From positions 8,639 to 72,638 of the forward strand of contig CALXBW010000005.1 in NCBI GenBank assembly GCA_944386645.1: 64,000 nt of DNA. The letters are read 5' to 3'. Position 1 is the stretch's first letter, and each line of letters opens with the position of its first letter. The notes beneath the pieces were generated by a model. That model was not told the origin of the DNA, ran no database searches, and was given only the letters and a program-made list of their open reading frames with translations. The position numbers and the translations under genes were made by a program. The DNA comes from an uncultured Clostridia bacterium. Lineage in GTDB: Bacteria > Bacillota > Clostridia > TANB77 > CAG-508. Positions 29,814 through 40,331 of this stretch are shown piece by piece.

Positions 29814-30045
29814 AAAAAAATACTATGCATATTATATAACAAAAAAGATGAAAAGTCTATTGAAGTGGGTGGAGGAAGAATGGGAGAAGTAAGTAAAAAA
29901 AGAAAGTTCGATTTTAAACAAAAAAAGAATAATACATTAAAGTCTTTAAATGATGTTGAATATTTTTTACGTAATATTAAAAAAATAAAAAATTGTATAG
30001 ATATATATAAAATATTTAAATAACGCAGTACAAACATGTACTACG

Positions 30046-30546
30046 TTATTCATCATCATTGGAATTATCATAATAATCATTATCAGAATCATGAAAATCT
30101 TCATTATTAAAATGACTATCATCATTATCATCATCATAGAAAACTTCATGAAAAAGATAAAACAATCCAAAAAAAGCAAGTAGATTGTAAAATGTACTAT
30201 GACCATTTTTGGAATTACTTTTTGTTAGGTCTTTTTTATAGTGTGTTCTATATTCTGTAGAACTATCTAGAATTGAGTTGTTTGCAATAATAATTGCTAA
30301 CATTAATAAAAAGAGCATTGAAAGTATAAAGAAAGTTTTATATAAATATATATATTTGAAATATGATGCAAATAACGCTGCTAAAATCAAAACTGCTATT
30401 AATAATAACATATATAAATATACTATTTTTCCTTTTTGCTCTTTTTTTATTATAAAAAAACCCATTATATATGCAAAAATATTAATAGAAATGATAATTC
30501 CAATTACAGTTAATATCATATAAAATAATGTAGATAAAAACCGCAT
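30046..30546 (-). CDS. hypothetical membrane protein with an acidic C-terminal tail
   Basis: 166 aa with about 4 TM segments and a D/N/H-rich tail. A strong GGAGGG RBS precedes ATG 30546. Codon 2 is CGG. Confidence 0.5.
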   Translation of the reverse strand: MRFLSTLFYMILTVIGIIISINIFAYIMGFFIIKKEQKGKIVYLYMLLLIAVLILAALFASYFKYIYLYKTFFILSMLFLLMLAIIIANNSILDSSTEYRTHYKKDLTKSNSKNGHSTFYNLLAFFGLFYLFHEVFYDDDNDDSHFNNEDFHDSDNDYYDNSNDDE

Positions 30547-30623
30547 AATAATCCCTCCAAATAAAGAGAAATATTAATATATACTTGCAAATCTATTTTA
30601 GCATATTATGTTAAAAAATACAA

Positions 30624-31187
30624 TTATTTTTTAGCAAACGGTTCTGTGAAATTGATATAATTATCTTTAAAAGCAGAATTTGCTGTTCCATCAATTGTAA
30701 TACTTATAGAGTTAATTTCTGTTAATTGTGTTAGAGTATTAACAATAGAATATATAGTATTTGTTTCCTCTATAGTTCCACCAGAATGATTTTCAATAAA
30801 TTCTTTAGAAAAATCAATTATCGCCATATCACCTTGTATTGTTACTTTATTGACTTTTGTTCCATCAGGTATTGTTTTAGAAAGAGAAGTATTCTCAGGA
30901 CCTCCAATTAATAAATTTAATAAAGATGTACAAGGGTCAGTTATTAAAATTTTAGCATCAACACTTCTATTTTCTGCTTCTAATTCACCTGTAGATTTGT
31001 TTAAAAAGTATAATTTAACAATGGTACTTCTAAATTGTTCATCAGATATTTCTTCTTGAGGAGTATATTCATTATAATAATCTACTTTATTATTTTTTAA
31101 TTTAGTTGTTATGTAAAAACCAGCACAACCTAGTATTGCAACAATAATTATAATAGAAACAAACATTTTAACTTTTTTATTATTCAT
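30624..31187 (-). CDS. GerMN-domain (germination protein M-like) lipoprotein/membrane-anchored protein
   Basis: 187 aa with a signal/TM segment including Cys, and a GerMN-like pattern VKLYFLNK..GELEAE..IIDFSKEF. Confidence 0.6.
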   Translation of the reverse strand: MNNKKVKMFVSIIIIVAILGCAGFYITTKLKNNKVDYYNEYTPQEEISDEQFRSTIVKLYFLNKSTGELEAENRSVDAKILITDPCTSLLNLLIGGPENTSLSKTIPDGTKVNKVTIQGDMAIIDFSKEFIENHSGGTIEETNTIYSIVNTLTQLTEINSISITIDGTANSAFKDNYINFTEPFAKK

Positions 31188-31333
31188 ATAAAGACCTCCA
31201 ACTAAAAATTTATATGTTATAAGCTATAATATTAAAGACAAGTTAGAAATAGAACAATAATATTAAGAAAATAATACTTGATTTTTCAATTAAATTACAT
31301 ATAATATATATAACTTAAACGAAATGAGGAGGA

Positions 31334-32002
31334 ATGTGGGTGAAAAAAATCAAAGACCCTGTAAGTGGTTTTACACATTTAGCAGGAGCGGTTGCTTCTA
31401 TAGTAGGACTAGTATTTTTAATAATATGGGCAGCAAAATATGGAGAGGGAGCATGGGATGTAGTTTCTTTTACTATTTTTGGAGCAAGTTTAGTTTTACT
31501 ATATATTAGTAGTGCAAATTATCATTTATTCAATGTAGGAGAAAAAGCAACAAGAGTTCTAAGAAAATTAGATCACATAATGATATATATTTTAATTGCA
31601 GGAAGCTATACACCTATATGTTTAGGACCATTAAGAGGTGGATGGGGCTGGAGTATATTTGGTGTAGTATGGTTTTTGGCAATAGCAGGCATATTTTTAA
31701 CAATATTTTGGTTAAATGCACCTAGATGGCTTACAACTGGGATATACCTTGGAATGGGCTGGGTTGTAATTATTGCAATATACCCAATGATTGTTATTTT
31801 TTCACAATTAGGGCAATTATCATCATTATGGTGGTTATTAGCAGGTGGAATATTTTACACAGTAGGAGCTATTATATATGGACTAAAATGGCCAAAACTC
31901 AAGAATAAATATTTTGGATTTCATGAAATTTTCCACATATTCATATTGCTAGGTAGTTTATGTCATTATTGGTTTGTAATAAGATATGTGTTGAATATGT
32001 AA
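31334..32002 (+). CDS. hemolysin III / PAQR-family membrane protein
   Basis: 7-TM protein with the motifs ..SSANYH.. and ..HEIFHIF... GTG 31340 may be the true start. Confidence 0.8.
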   Translation: MWVKKIKDPVSGFTHLAGAVASIVGLVFLIIWAAKYGEGAWDVVSFTIFGASLVLLYISSANYHLFNVGEKATRVLRKLDHIMIYILIAGSYTPICLGPLRGGWGWSIFGVVWFLAIAGIFLTIFWLNAPRWLTTGIYLGMGWVVIIAIYPMIVIFSQLGQLSSLWWLLAGGIFYTVGAIIYGLKWPKLKNKYFGFHEIFHIFILLGSLCHYWFVIRYVLNM

Positions 32003-32030
32003 AAATAAAAGTTTAGTAATAACTTTATTT

Positions 32031-32184
32031 GCAAGAAAAACTAATGTATTTTTTATTTGTAACTCCCAGCATCGCACAGTCTGTAAAATATTATATAGAT
32101 AATATAAAATAATAAAAAACAGACTGTAAGCTTGCTGGTCCCCACGAATTGTTACTGCATAAAAAGTACATTAGTTTTTCTTGC
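32031..32184 (-). repeat. long-hairpin repeat family R1, copy 2 (inverted relative to copy 1)
   Basis: The reverse complement matches both arms of the 14260-14431 copy with few substitutions. The AT-rich centre is unrelated. The palindrome extends outward (GCAAGAAAAAC / GTTTTTCTTGC). Confidence 0.75.
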
Positions 32185-32457
32185 AAATATTGGTCTTAAA
32201 AATAAAAGTAAATTTTCTAAAAATCGGTTTTAGAAAGTTTACTTTTATTTTTCATATAAATGTTAAAAAAATGTAAAAAAATAAGAAATTTTGAAATTCC
32301 GTAAGAAAAAATATGAATTAAAAATTAAAAAAGATATTTAATTTACATAAAACGACTTGTAAACCATTGTTTATACAAGCAAAAAATGATAAAATAATAT
32401 ATAAAGTTTATTAAATATACAAGTATATATAAATATATATATAGTTAGGGGGAAAAG

Positions 32458-34236
32458 ATGCCTAGAAGGAAAACTATAAAGATAGTACTTATAGTAATTT
32501 TGATATTAATACTAGTAATAATCGCAGTAAGGGCATTAGTACTTTATAACGAGAAACAATCTCAATTTGAAGAAAAAAGATATGATACTCCAGCAGATTT
32601 TTATACAGTAGAAGAAGTTGCAAGATATATGGATTGTGAATATATAAGAGAGGAAAAGCCTAAAAATGAATCATATGATTTAGATATTTATTTAAAATTT
32701 AAATATGATTTATATACAGATGGTGCAAGTAATAAAGATTATTTTTATAGAGCTATTGTTTTATTTGCACAAGTTACAGAGTATCAAAATATACGTTTAA
32801 TTGATGAAGAAAGAGATATATTAATTGCGATTTATGGAGATCCAGAAGAGGAGAAAATTAGTAGATTATACATAAATGGAAAAGAGAATTATTTTGGTGA
32901 AACAGATACATTACAAGAATTAGATAAATACACAAGTGCAGCAACAGTAAGAATAGATGTTAATTCACCACTATTACAAGATATTATAAAAAATGATTGG
33001 GATACTACAAAAGTAAATTTGGGTTCACAAGAAAGCTCATTAGATGAGTATGAAATTTATTTTGATGAAGGTTATCGTGTTAAGAAAAGAGCAACAACTA
33101 TTTTTAATATAGAGTTTACAGATAAATATACAGAGCCAGTAGTAAATAACATAAAGGTAGGAACAAGTTTTGAAGAGATACAAAATCAAATGGGAACACC
33201 AGCATTTGGAGGAACAGAATACAATTTTATTGGCTATATGAGTTACAATTTATATGTATTTTTTTGGGAAGATAGAATTTCTGTATATAAAGTGGATAGT
33301 ATGACAGATGAACAACAATTTTTAACATTATTTGAAAAGTTTAGACAAGATTTAGATTTAAGAAGTTTTGTTAATGCTTTAACAGATATGTGGCCAGATT
33401 ATAGTTACTATGCATATGATACAGATTATTTACAGCTAACATATATATTAAAAGGAATTGATATAAAGATAAATATTGATATGGATAATGGAGTTACTTT
33501 TTATAGTAATTACAATGGTTCATATTTACAGGATTTAATACAGCAAAAAGATAATTTACCAAGTTATACGTATTTTAATAATGACAATTTGGTGTATAAG
33601 AATGAGTATTCTAAAACAAAAACACCATTAAACAGAGATTATGTCATAAGTAATTTTGAAGGAGAAAAAAATATTTATGAAATAAATATGTCAAGAAATA
33701 TAGGAGAAAAACAAATTATATATGAAAAATACAGTGAGAGTTATGTGATTTATAGAAGCTTCAATAGTGATAATACATATAAGATGTATATAATTTCAAT
33801 TAATGCAGATTATCCTGATTCAGAAATTGATGAAAATATAAGTTCATATTTATGGCTAGATGATACTAAATTCATTTATAGTATAAAAAATAAAGGGATT
33901 TATTTATATAATGCTACAACAAGAGAAACAAGTAAAATAATAGAAGGACAAGATAATTTTGAAATAAAAGATTACGTAAATAATAAAATATATTTTGATG
34001 ACAAAGAGATGCTATATATTTTAGATTCTAATTTACCACAAAGATATGATAGCTTAATATGGCTAGATAGTGAAAATTTAGCATATAGCATAAGGAATGT
34101 AGGTATATATAGATATAATATAAATACAAAAGAAACAAATACAATAATAGAAGGAACAGAAGAATATAATCTAATTAAATATGAAAATGGAAGAATTTAT
34201 TATGATAATACAAATATAATTTATCTATTAAATTAA
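32458..34236 (+). CDS. hypothetical membrane-anchored protein with C-terminal tandem repeats
   Basis: 592 aa with an N-terminal TM segment. Two ~57-aa repeats are present: WLDDTKFIYSIKNKGIYLYNATTRETSKIIEG.. and WLDSENLAYSIRNVGIYRYNINTKETNTIIEG... Confidence 0.5.
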   Translation: MPRRKTIKIVLIVILILILVIIAVRALVLYNEKQSQFEEKRYDTPADFYTVEEVARYMDCEYIREEKPKNESYDLDIYLKFKYDLYTDGASNKDYFYRAIVLFAQVTEYQNIRLIDEERDILIAIYGDPEEEKISRLYINGKENYFGETDTLQELDKYTSAATVRIDVNSPLLQDIIKNDWDTTKVNLGSQESSLDEYEIYFDEGYRVKKRATTIFNIEFTDKYTEPVVNNIKVGTSFEEIQNQMGTPAFGGTEYNFIGYMSYNLYVFFWEDRISVYKVDSMTDEQQFLTLFEKFRQDLDLRSFVNALTDMWPDYSYYAYDTDYLQLTYILKGIDIKINIDMDNGVTFYSNYNGSYLQDLIQQKDNLPSYTYFNNDNLVYKNEYSKTKTPLNRDYVISNFEGEKNIYEINMSRNIGEKQIIYEKYSESYVIYRSFNSDNTYKMYIISINADYPDSEIDENISSYLWLDDTKFIYSIKNKGIYLYNATTRETSKIIEGQDNFEIKDYVNNKIYFDDKEMLYILDSNLPQRYDSLIWLDSENLAYSIRNVGIYRYNINTKETNTIIEGTEEYNLIKYENGRIYYDNTNIIYLLN

Positions 34237-34270
34237 GTAAGAATAATAAGAAGGAGGTGATAATATACAT

Positions 34271-37200
34271 ATGAAAATTAAGAAGATAGCAATAAGAATA
34301 ATATTAATTTTAATATCTATATTATGTATATTATTACCTGCTAAAGTATCTGCAATGTCACAAGAAGAAGCGGGTGAATGTATTGCAAAATATGCTATTA
34401 ATTTTGCTAGACAAAATGGTAGTAAAACAGAATATTATAATTATGATGCTGCTAAGAGATATTATTCAGTGATGACAGGACAACCAAATCCTGATACAAA
34501 TACTTATGTTTTGGAATGTTCTAGTTTTGCTTCAATGGTTCTAAAACAATCAATAGGTTTAAAATCACCAGACGGTGCAGTTGAAAATAATAACGGAACT
34601 TCTATGTTTTGGGATAGTTTACATGGAGCATATCCATCAAGTAAACATTATTATCCAGAATTGTTTGATATTGTACAGGGGGAATTAAAGCAGGGAGATA
34701 TATTAGTAAATGATCATCATGTGATGGTATATGTAGGAAATAATTCAATAGTACATTGTGATGGAAGAGGAGCTGGAATAGGACAAGGAGCTATATCCTT
34801 TGAAAGCATAAATAGTTATAATGCAAGTGGTCATAGTGATGGATGTTCTTATTATGCATTCCGATTAAAATCAAGTGTTGCTGATGGATTGTCAGAAGGT
34901 AATACTGGAGGTGGAGATTTTGATTGGCCAGATATGGGAGAAATAATAGATGCAATAAAAGGATGGTGGAGCGAGGATGTATTAGAAGATCAAGAGGAAT
35001 TCCCAATAGGTACACCACTTTCAGATGAAGAATATAATAAATTGTATTATAAAGGAATAGCAACTTTAAAAGGAACAACAACAGAGGAAGAGAATACAGA
35101 TGATTGGGTATTTCCAAGTTTAGCAGATATAACAGACTGGATTGGTGGATTTATAATTATGCCAGTTAGGGCTGCTGTAACAGGATGGGCAAATGTTGTA
35201 CAAATAGTTGTATCACAATATATAAATTATACAGCAGGGGAAGATACAGTAGATGGTGTAACAGAAATAATGGCTAATATGTCGGAATACATGGAAAAGT
35301 CTATAACTCTGGAAAAGATAGTATATAATGAGATACCACTTTTTGATGTAAATGTATTTTCTGGAAATGAAGCAGGAGGAGAAACTGTAGAAAGTGATAC
35401 ATTAGTTTCAGCAATAAGAACTCTTGTTGCTGAGTGGTATTATGTATTTAGATTAGTAGCAATAATAGGATTACTTTTAATACTAATATATATTGGTATA
35501 AAAATGGCAATAAGTACTGCTGCTGAAGAAAAAGCAAAATATAAAACTTTATTTGTTAATTGGCTGGTAGCTTTTGTTATAGTATTTTTTATGCAGTATT
35601 TTATGATTTTTGTAATGCAAATAAATCAAGCATTAATAGACATATTTAAGGAAATAGGTAAATCATTAAATTTATATGAAACTGTAAGAGAATTGACCTG
35701 GGAAGTAAAAATGACTACTGGAATTATAGCAACTGCATTATATGTAATGTTAATCTATTATATGCTTAAATTTGTTGTAATGTATTTTAAAAGGTTATTT
35801 ATAGTAGTTGTATTAATAATTTTAGCACCATTAGTTGCAGCTAAATATGCAATAGATAAATTAAGTGGAAATAAAGACTCACAATCATTAAAAGTTTGGG
35901 GACAAGAATATGTATTTAATGTATTAATGCAATCAATACATGCTTTAACATATACAATATTTACAGCAGTTTCTGTGGATATTGCAAAAGCAACTACAAA
36001 TTCGACAAGTGATGTATCATATTTATTTGCAAATATTGTACTAGTAATAATATTTTTTAGATTTATGATAGAATCTGAGAAAATACTAAAACAAATGATG
36101 AAATTAGTAACAGGACCAGGTGCAGATTTTGGAGATGCAAATTCAACATCTATAAGAGATTTATTTGGATTAACTATATTATCTCAAATGATGAGAGAGC
36201 TAAAACCATTTTACAAAATAACTAGATTTGTAGGAAAGAATGTTGCAAAGAGAACCCATATAGTAAGTAATGTAAAAAGGCCATTTAAAAGAGTTTCAAA
36301 TTATATACAAGATTCATATGTTTTGTATAATACAGAATTATATAAAAATAGATTAAAAAATTTTGATAATATAAATTTTGATACAGGAAGTGCGTATTCA
36401 AATTTAAATTTAGTTGGAATAGATGCAAAACTTGATAAAGTGCTAAGACAAGATTTTATAAACAGAAAAGAATTATTAAAAGATTATATAGGAACAGATT
36501 TTAATGTGCTTTTGGGAATGGGTAAAACATTTGTTGGTTTGCCAATATTCTTAGCAGAATCACCTCTTGTTGGAGCTGAACTTATATTAGTTGGTTTAAG
36601 AACAGTAAGAGTTGCAATTGGAAAACCAGTAACAGGTTATAGAAAAACCGAGAGAATGACAAATAAATGGTATAAATCACCAGTAGCAAGAGGTACATAT
36701 AAAACAATGTCAACAATATTATCTGGTGGAACTGTAAATATTGCACATGGAATATACGAAAGATATAAGAATGAAAATGAATTAAGAGATATGGAATTAA
36801 GCCAAGTAGAGTTATTATTAAAAGCACAAAATATTGAAGCAAGTATGAGTGGTAATTTGATATTATTAAAAGATAAATATTTCAAAGGATATGGTGAAGA
36901 CGCTAATATAATAGGAAACAATTTAGCACAAATAAATGAAAAAGAATTAATACAAAATATAAAAGATTCACAACTAGGAATTCCACAAAATGAAATTTAT
37001 AACCAAGTTCAAGAATATAAAAAGCAAACAGGAAGATATTCATTGAATAATAATGATATGAATAATATTATTAATAACATAAGAAAAAGAGAAAATCAGA
37101 AATTACAAGCTGGAGAAGACGGAGTCAAGTTAACTAATAAAATTAATAATAATATGAATGCAGAACTTGTATCTGGAATTGTAAATAATGTAAAAGGAAA

Positions 37201-38203
37201 AAATAATGATTATGAGAGCTTAAAATTAAGTCAAAGTTCTTTAGAATCTATTTCTAATAATTTGAAAAATAGAATAGAACAATTAGAAAATAATGAAAAT
37301 AAGACAGAAAAAGAAATAGAAGAAACAAATACGCTAAAATTAGCATATTATATCATAAAACAAAAAAGAGCTGAAAACATAGATGAAAATGAAATTGATA
37401 AATTAGATGAAATGACAAATAATATTCAAGAAATTATAAGATCTTCAGAAGAAAATAGTAAAGAAGATGAAATAAGAACAGTAGTATATGATATATTAAA
37501 TGATGAAAAACAGAAATTAAAAAATGATTCGAAAAAATTGGCAGAGGAGTTTAAGCAAGATAATAAAGATACTAAAAAAGAGTTAAATGAAATAAAAGAA
37601 AAATTAAAATCAAGATTAAATGAATTAAATAAAAATACAGATGAAAGTCAAATTCAAGAAAAAGAGGCAACACAAAAAGCATATAATATCGTACAAGAAA
37701 ATATAAATATAAAAAATGAAAATAATAAAGAAATAGATAAAGAAGCTAAAGATATAGCTAAATCAATTTTAAACAAATATAAAAATAATGAAGAATCAAG
37801 TAAAACAAAAAATAAAGTAGATGATATAGTAAGTGCAATTGAAAAAGGTGAGAAAAACCATATATCAATAAATGAAATAGATAAACATGATGAAGAAAAA
37901 ATAAATAAAGTTATTATAGATAATATGAATAAGAGTATATTAGAAAATGAAATAAGTAAATTAAGTGATAAAGACCTAGGAAGATTAATAAAGAAATCTA
38001 CAAAATTAGAAGGAAGTATAGAAAAGAGCAAAGTTTCAGATAAGTATAAAGATATTGTAAGAAGTGCTGAGAGATTAAGAGATATAAATGATGAATCAGA
38101 AGAGAAATATGGAAAGAAAATATTCTCAACAGAAGAATTAATAGAAGGCATAAGAAAAGAAATAAGAAGAAAAGAGAAGAATAGAAATAATGAGGAGGTA
38201 TAA
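34271..38203 (+). CDS. giant membrane protein: N-terminal NlpC/P60-like hydrolase domain, polytopic TM core, long K/E/N-rich coiled-coil tail
   Basis: 1310 aa with a signal peptide and Cys/His motifs LECSSFASM..DHHVMVYVG..VHCD. About 7 TM segments lie in residues 290-620. The C-terminal ~450 aa are low-complexity coiled coil. Confidence 0.6.
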   Translation: MKIKKIAIRIILILISILCILLPAKVSAMSQEEAGECIAKYAINFARQNGSKTEYYNYDAAKRYYSVMTGQPNPDTNTYVLECSSFASMVLKQSIGLKSPDGAVENNNGTSMFWDSLHGAYPSSKHYYPELFDIVQGELKQGDILVNDHHVMVYVGNNSIVHCDGRGAGIGQGAISFESINSYNASGHSDGCSYYAFRLKSSVADGLSEGNTGGGDFDWPDMGEIIDAIKGWWSEDVLEDQEEFPIGTPLSDEEYNKLYYKGIATLKGTTTEEENTDDWVFPSLADITDWIGGFIIMPVRAAVTGWANVVQIVVSQYINYTAGEDTVDGVTEIMANMSEYMEKSITLEKIVYNEIPLFDVNVFSGNEAGGETVESDTLVSAIRTLVAEWYYVFRLVAIIGLLLILIYIGIKMAISTAAEEKAKYKTLFVNWLVAFVIVFFMQYFMIFVMQINQALIDIFKEIGKSLNLYETVRELTWEVKMTTGIIATALYVMLIYYMLKFVVMYFKRLFIVVVLIILAPLVAAKYAIDKLSGNKDSQSLKVWGQEYVFNVLMQSIHALTYTIFTAVSVDIAKATTNSTSDVSYLFANIVLVIIFFRFMIESEKILKQMMKLVTGPGADFGDANSTSIRDLFGLTILSQMMRELKPFYKITRFVGKNVAKRTHIVSNVKRPFKRVSNYIQDSYVLYNTELYKNRLKNFDNINFDTGSAYSNLNLVGIDAKLDKVLRQDFINRKELLKDYIGTDFNVLLGMGKTFVGLPIFLAESPLVGAELILVGLRTVRVAIGKPVTGYRKTERMTNKWYKSPVARGTYKTMSTILSGGTVNIAHGIYERYKNENELRDMELSQVELLLKAQNIEASMSGNLILLKDKYFKGYGEDANIIGNNLAQINEKELIQNIKDSQLGIPQNEIYNQVQEYKKQTGRYSLNNNDMNNIINNIRKRENQKLQAGEDGVKLTNKINNNMNAELVSGIVNNVKGKNNDYESLKLSQSSLESISNNLKNRIEQLENNENKTEKEIEETNTLKLAYYIIKQKRAENIDENEIDKLDEMTNNIQEIIRSSEENSKEDEIRTVVYDILNDEKQKLKNDSKKLAEEFKQDNKDTKKELNEIKEKLKSRLNELNKNTDESQIQEKEATQKAYNIVQENINIKNENNKEIDKEAKDIAKSILNKYKNNEESSKTKNKVDDIVSAIEKGEKNHISINEIDKHDEEKINKVIIDNMNKSILENEISKLSDKDLGRLIKKSTKLEGSIEKSKVSDKYKDIVRSAERLRDINDESEEKYGKKIFSTEELIEGIRKEIRRKEKNRNNEEV

Positions 38204-38204
38204 T

Positions 38205-38459
38205 ATGATATATACATATAAGCCAAAAGGTGTTTGCTCAAGAGAGATGTTAATTGAATTAGAAGGAAATATAATTAAAAGTGTAAAAATTGTTGGAGGA
38301 TGTGCGGGAAATTCAATAGGAGTATCTAAATTGGTTGAAGGTATGAATATAGACGAAGCAATAAACAAAATGAAGGGAATACAATGTGGTTCAAGAGGTA
38401 CATCTTGCCCAGATCAATTAGCAAGAGCGTTAGAAGAAGCAAAAAGAAAAATGAAATAA
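38205..38459 (+). CDS. TSCPD-domain protein (TIGR03905 family)
   Basis: The ATG at 38205 follows an AGGAGG RBS. Sequence: MIYTYKPKGVCSREMLIELEGNIIKSVKIVGGCAGNSIG..GIQCGSRGTSCPDQLA. Confidence 0.75.
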   Translation: MIYTYKPKGVCSREMLIELEGNIIKSVKIVGGCAGNSIGVSKLVEGMNIDEAINKMKGIQCGSRGTSCPDQLARALEEAKRKMK

Positions 38460-38754
38460 TTTAAATGTTATAGATCAGAATGAAATTTATTAGTGCAAAA
38501 AACAAATATACTTTTTATTTATATATATAATTTTACTGAACTGTAATATTAAAATAAAGGATAATATGAGTATATAAATATTATCCTTTATTTTTAATTT
38601 ATTTGATATAAAATATTTAGAAATATAATTATGGTTGTTGAAATAAAATACTTTAAATAACAATTATATATAATTAAGTTATAAATTTTTATAGTACTTA
38701 AAATTATCAATGATAATATATAATGTATAAATTGTAAAAGAAAGAGTGAGGTAT

Positions 38755-39258
38755 ATGAAATTAAATATAGTAATGGTTGAGCCAGAAATACCACAAAATA
38801 CTGGAAATATAGCAAGAACATGTGCAATAACAGGAGCTAAATTACATTTAGTATATCCCTTAGGATTTAAAATAGATGAAAAGTCAGTGAAAAGAGCAGG
38901 ATTAGATTACTGGGACAAAATTGAAATTGAAGAACATAATTCATTGGAAGAATTTTTAGCTAAATACAAACCAGAAGAATACAATATGTTTTTTGCAACA
39001 ACAAAAGGAAAAACAAGGTATACAGATATAGATTATTCTAAAATGGATGAAGTATTTGTATTATATGGAAAAGAAACAAAAGGTTTACCAGAATGGCTTT
39101 TAGAAAAATATTTAAATACTAATACAATAAGAATACCAATGCTTCCAACATTGAGGTCACTAAATCTATCAAATTCAGTTGCAATAATAACTTATGAAAT
39201 ATTAAGACAACATGATTTTGAAGATTTGCAGAATGTAAGTACATATTTTGATAACTAA
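38755..39258 (+). CDS. trmL: tRNA (cytidine/uridine34-2'-O)-methyltransferase, SpoU/TrmL family
   Basis: N-terminus MKLNIVMVEPEIPQNTGNIARTCAITG, plus ..GKETKGLP.. and ..RSLNLSNSVAI... Confidence 0.8.
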   Translation: MKLNIVMVEPEIPQNTGNIARTCAITGAKLHLVYPLGFKIDEKSVKRAGLDYWDKIEIEEHNSLEEFLAKYKPEEYNMFFATTKGKTRYTDIDYSKMDEVFVLYGKETKGLPEWLLEKYLNTNTIRIPMLPTLRSLNLSNSVAIITYEILRQHDFEDLQNVSTYFDN

Positions 39259-39389
39259 ATTTTAAATATGGTAAAAAATTATGCAAAAAATAAAAAGTAA
39301 GGAAAAATTTAGAAGCTTTTAATATTTTGTTGCGGAAATATAATAATTTTGTATATAATGAACTTGAAAAAATAATAGGAGGTATTAAT

Positions 39390-40190
39390 ATGATTTCAGT
39401 AAATAATTTATTTGATAATGATGATGTGAAAATTATTGATAAGAAAGGTAATATTTCAGTAATTGAATTTCAAAAAGATGTTAGTGTTAATAAATCTACA
39501 GCAATGTCAGAATATTTTGCTTCAAAAATGAATGTAAAAAGAAGACAAGTAATAATTCAATTACAAGGTGACGAATATATTACTAGTGCTGGTGCAATGC
39601 AGTGGATGGCTGGAGATATTGAGTCAAAAACAAATGTAAAAGGTGTTGGAGATTTTCTAGGAAAGGCAATCAAAGGAAGTGTAACAAGTGAATCAACAGT
39701 AAAGCCAAAATATCATGGTACAGGAATATTAGCATTAGAACCAACATATAACTATATTTTATTAGAAGATGTTTCAACATGGAATGGTAGTATTGTACTA
39801 GAAGATGGATTATTTATAGCATGTGAAGCAACTTTAGATACAAAAGTAGGAATTAGAAGCAATATATCTTCAGCAGTATTAGGAGGAGAAGGATTATTTA
39901 ATTTAAAACTATCTGGAAAAGGTATTGCAGTTTTGGAAAGTCCAGTTCCAAGAGAAGAATTAATAGAAATAGAATTAGAAAATGATCAAATAAAAATAGA
40001 TGGAAATATGGCAATTGCATGGTCAGATACATTAGATTTCACTGTAGAAAAATCTACTAGAAGTTTATTAGGATCAGCAGTAGCAGGAGAAGGATTTGTT
40101 AATGTATACAGAGGTACAGGAAAGATATTAATGTCTCCAGTAAGACCAGAAGCAACTAATAATATTTTAACATATAAGCCTAAACAATAA
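39390..40190 (+). CDS. AIM24-family (DUF124/TIGR00266) protein
   Basis: The ATG at 39390 lies 7 nt after a TAGGAGG RBS. Pattern: ..AMQWMAGDI.. and ..GGEGLFNLKLSGKGIAVLESP... Confidence 0.7.
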   Translation: MISVNNLFDNDDVKIIDKKGNISVIEFQKDVSVNKSTAMSEYFASKMNVKRRQVIIQLQGDEYITSAGAMQWMAGDIESKTNVKGVGDFLGKAIKGSVTSESTVKPKYHGTGILALEPTYNYILLEDVSTWNGSIVLEDGLFIACEATLDTKVGIRSNISSAVLGGEGLFNLKLSGKGIAVLESPVPREELIEIELENDQIKIDGNMAIAWSDTLDFTVEKSTRSLLGSAVAGEGFVNVYRGTGKILMSPVRPEATNNILTYKPKQ

Positions 40191-40331
40191 ATATATAATA
40201 AATTAGAAAAAAGTGCATAGAAATGATTGGTTTCATATGCACTTTTTTCTAATTTATAACTTCATATGTTTTGAATAAAAATAGAACAAATAGAATATTA
40301 TAAATAAAAACATATGGAGGTAAAATTATTT

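Noticed and set aside
32458-38459. Remnant of a conjugative element (hydrolase plus VirB6-like protein).
   Set aside because: No relaxase, coupling protein, VirB4-type ATPase, integrase or repeat boundaries were seen within this window around the locus.
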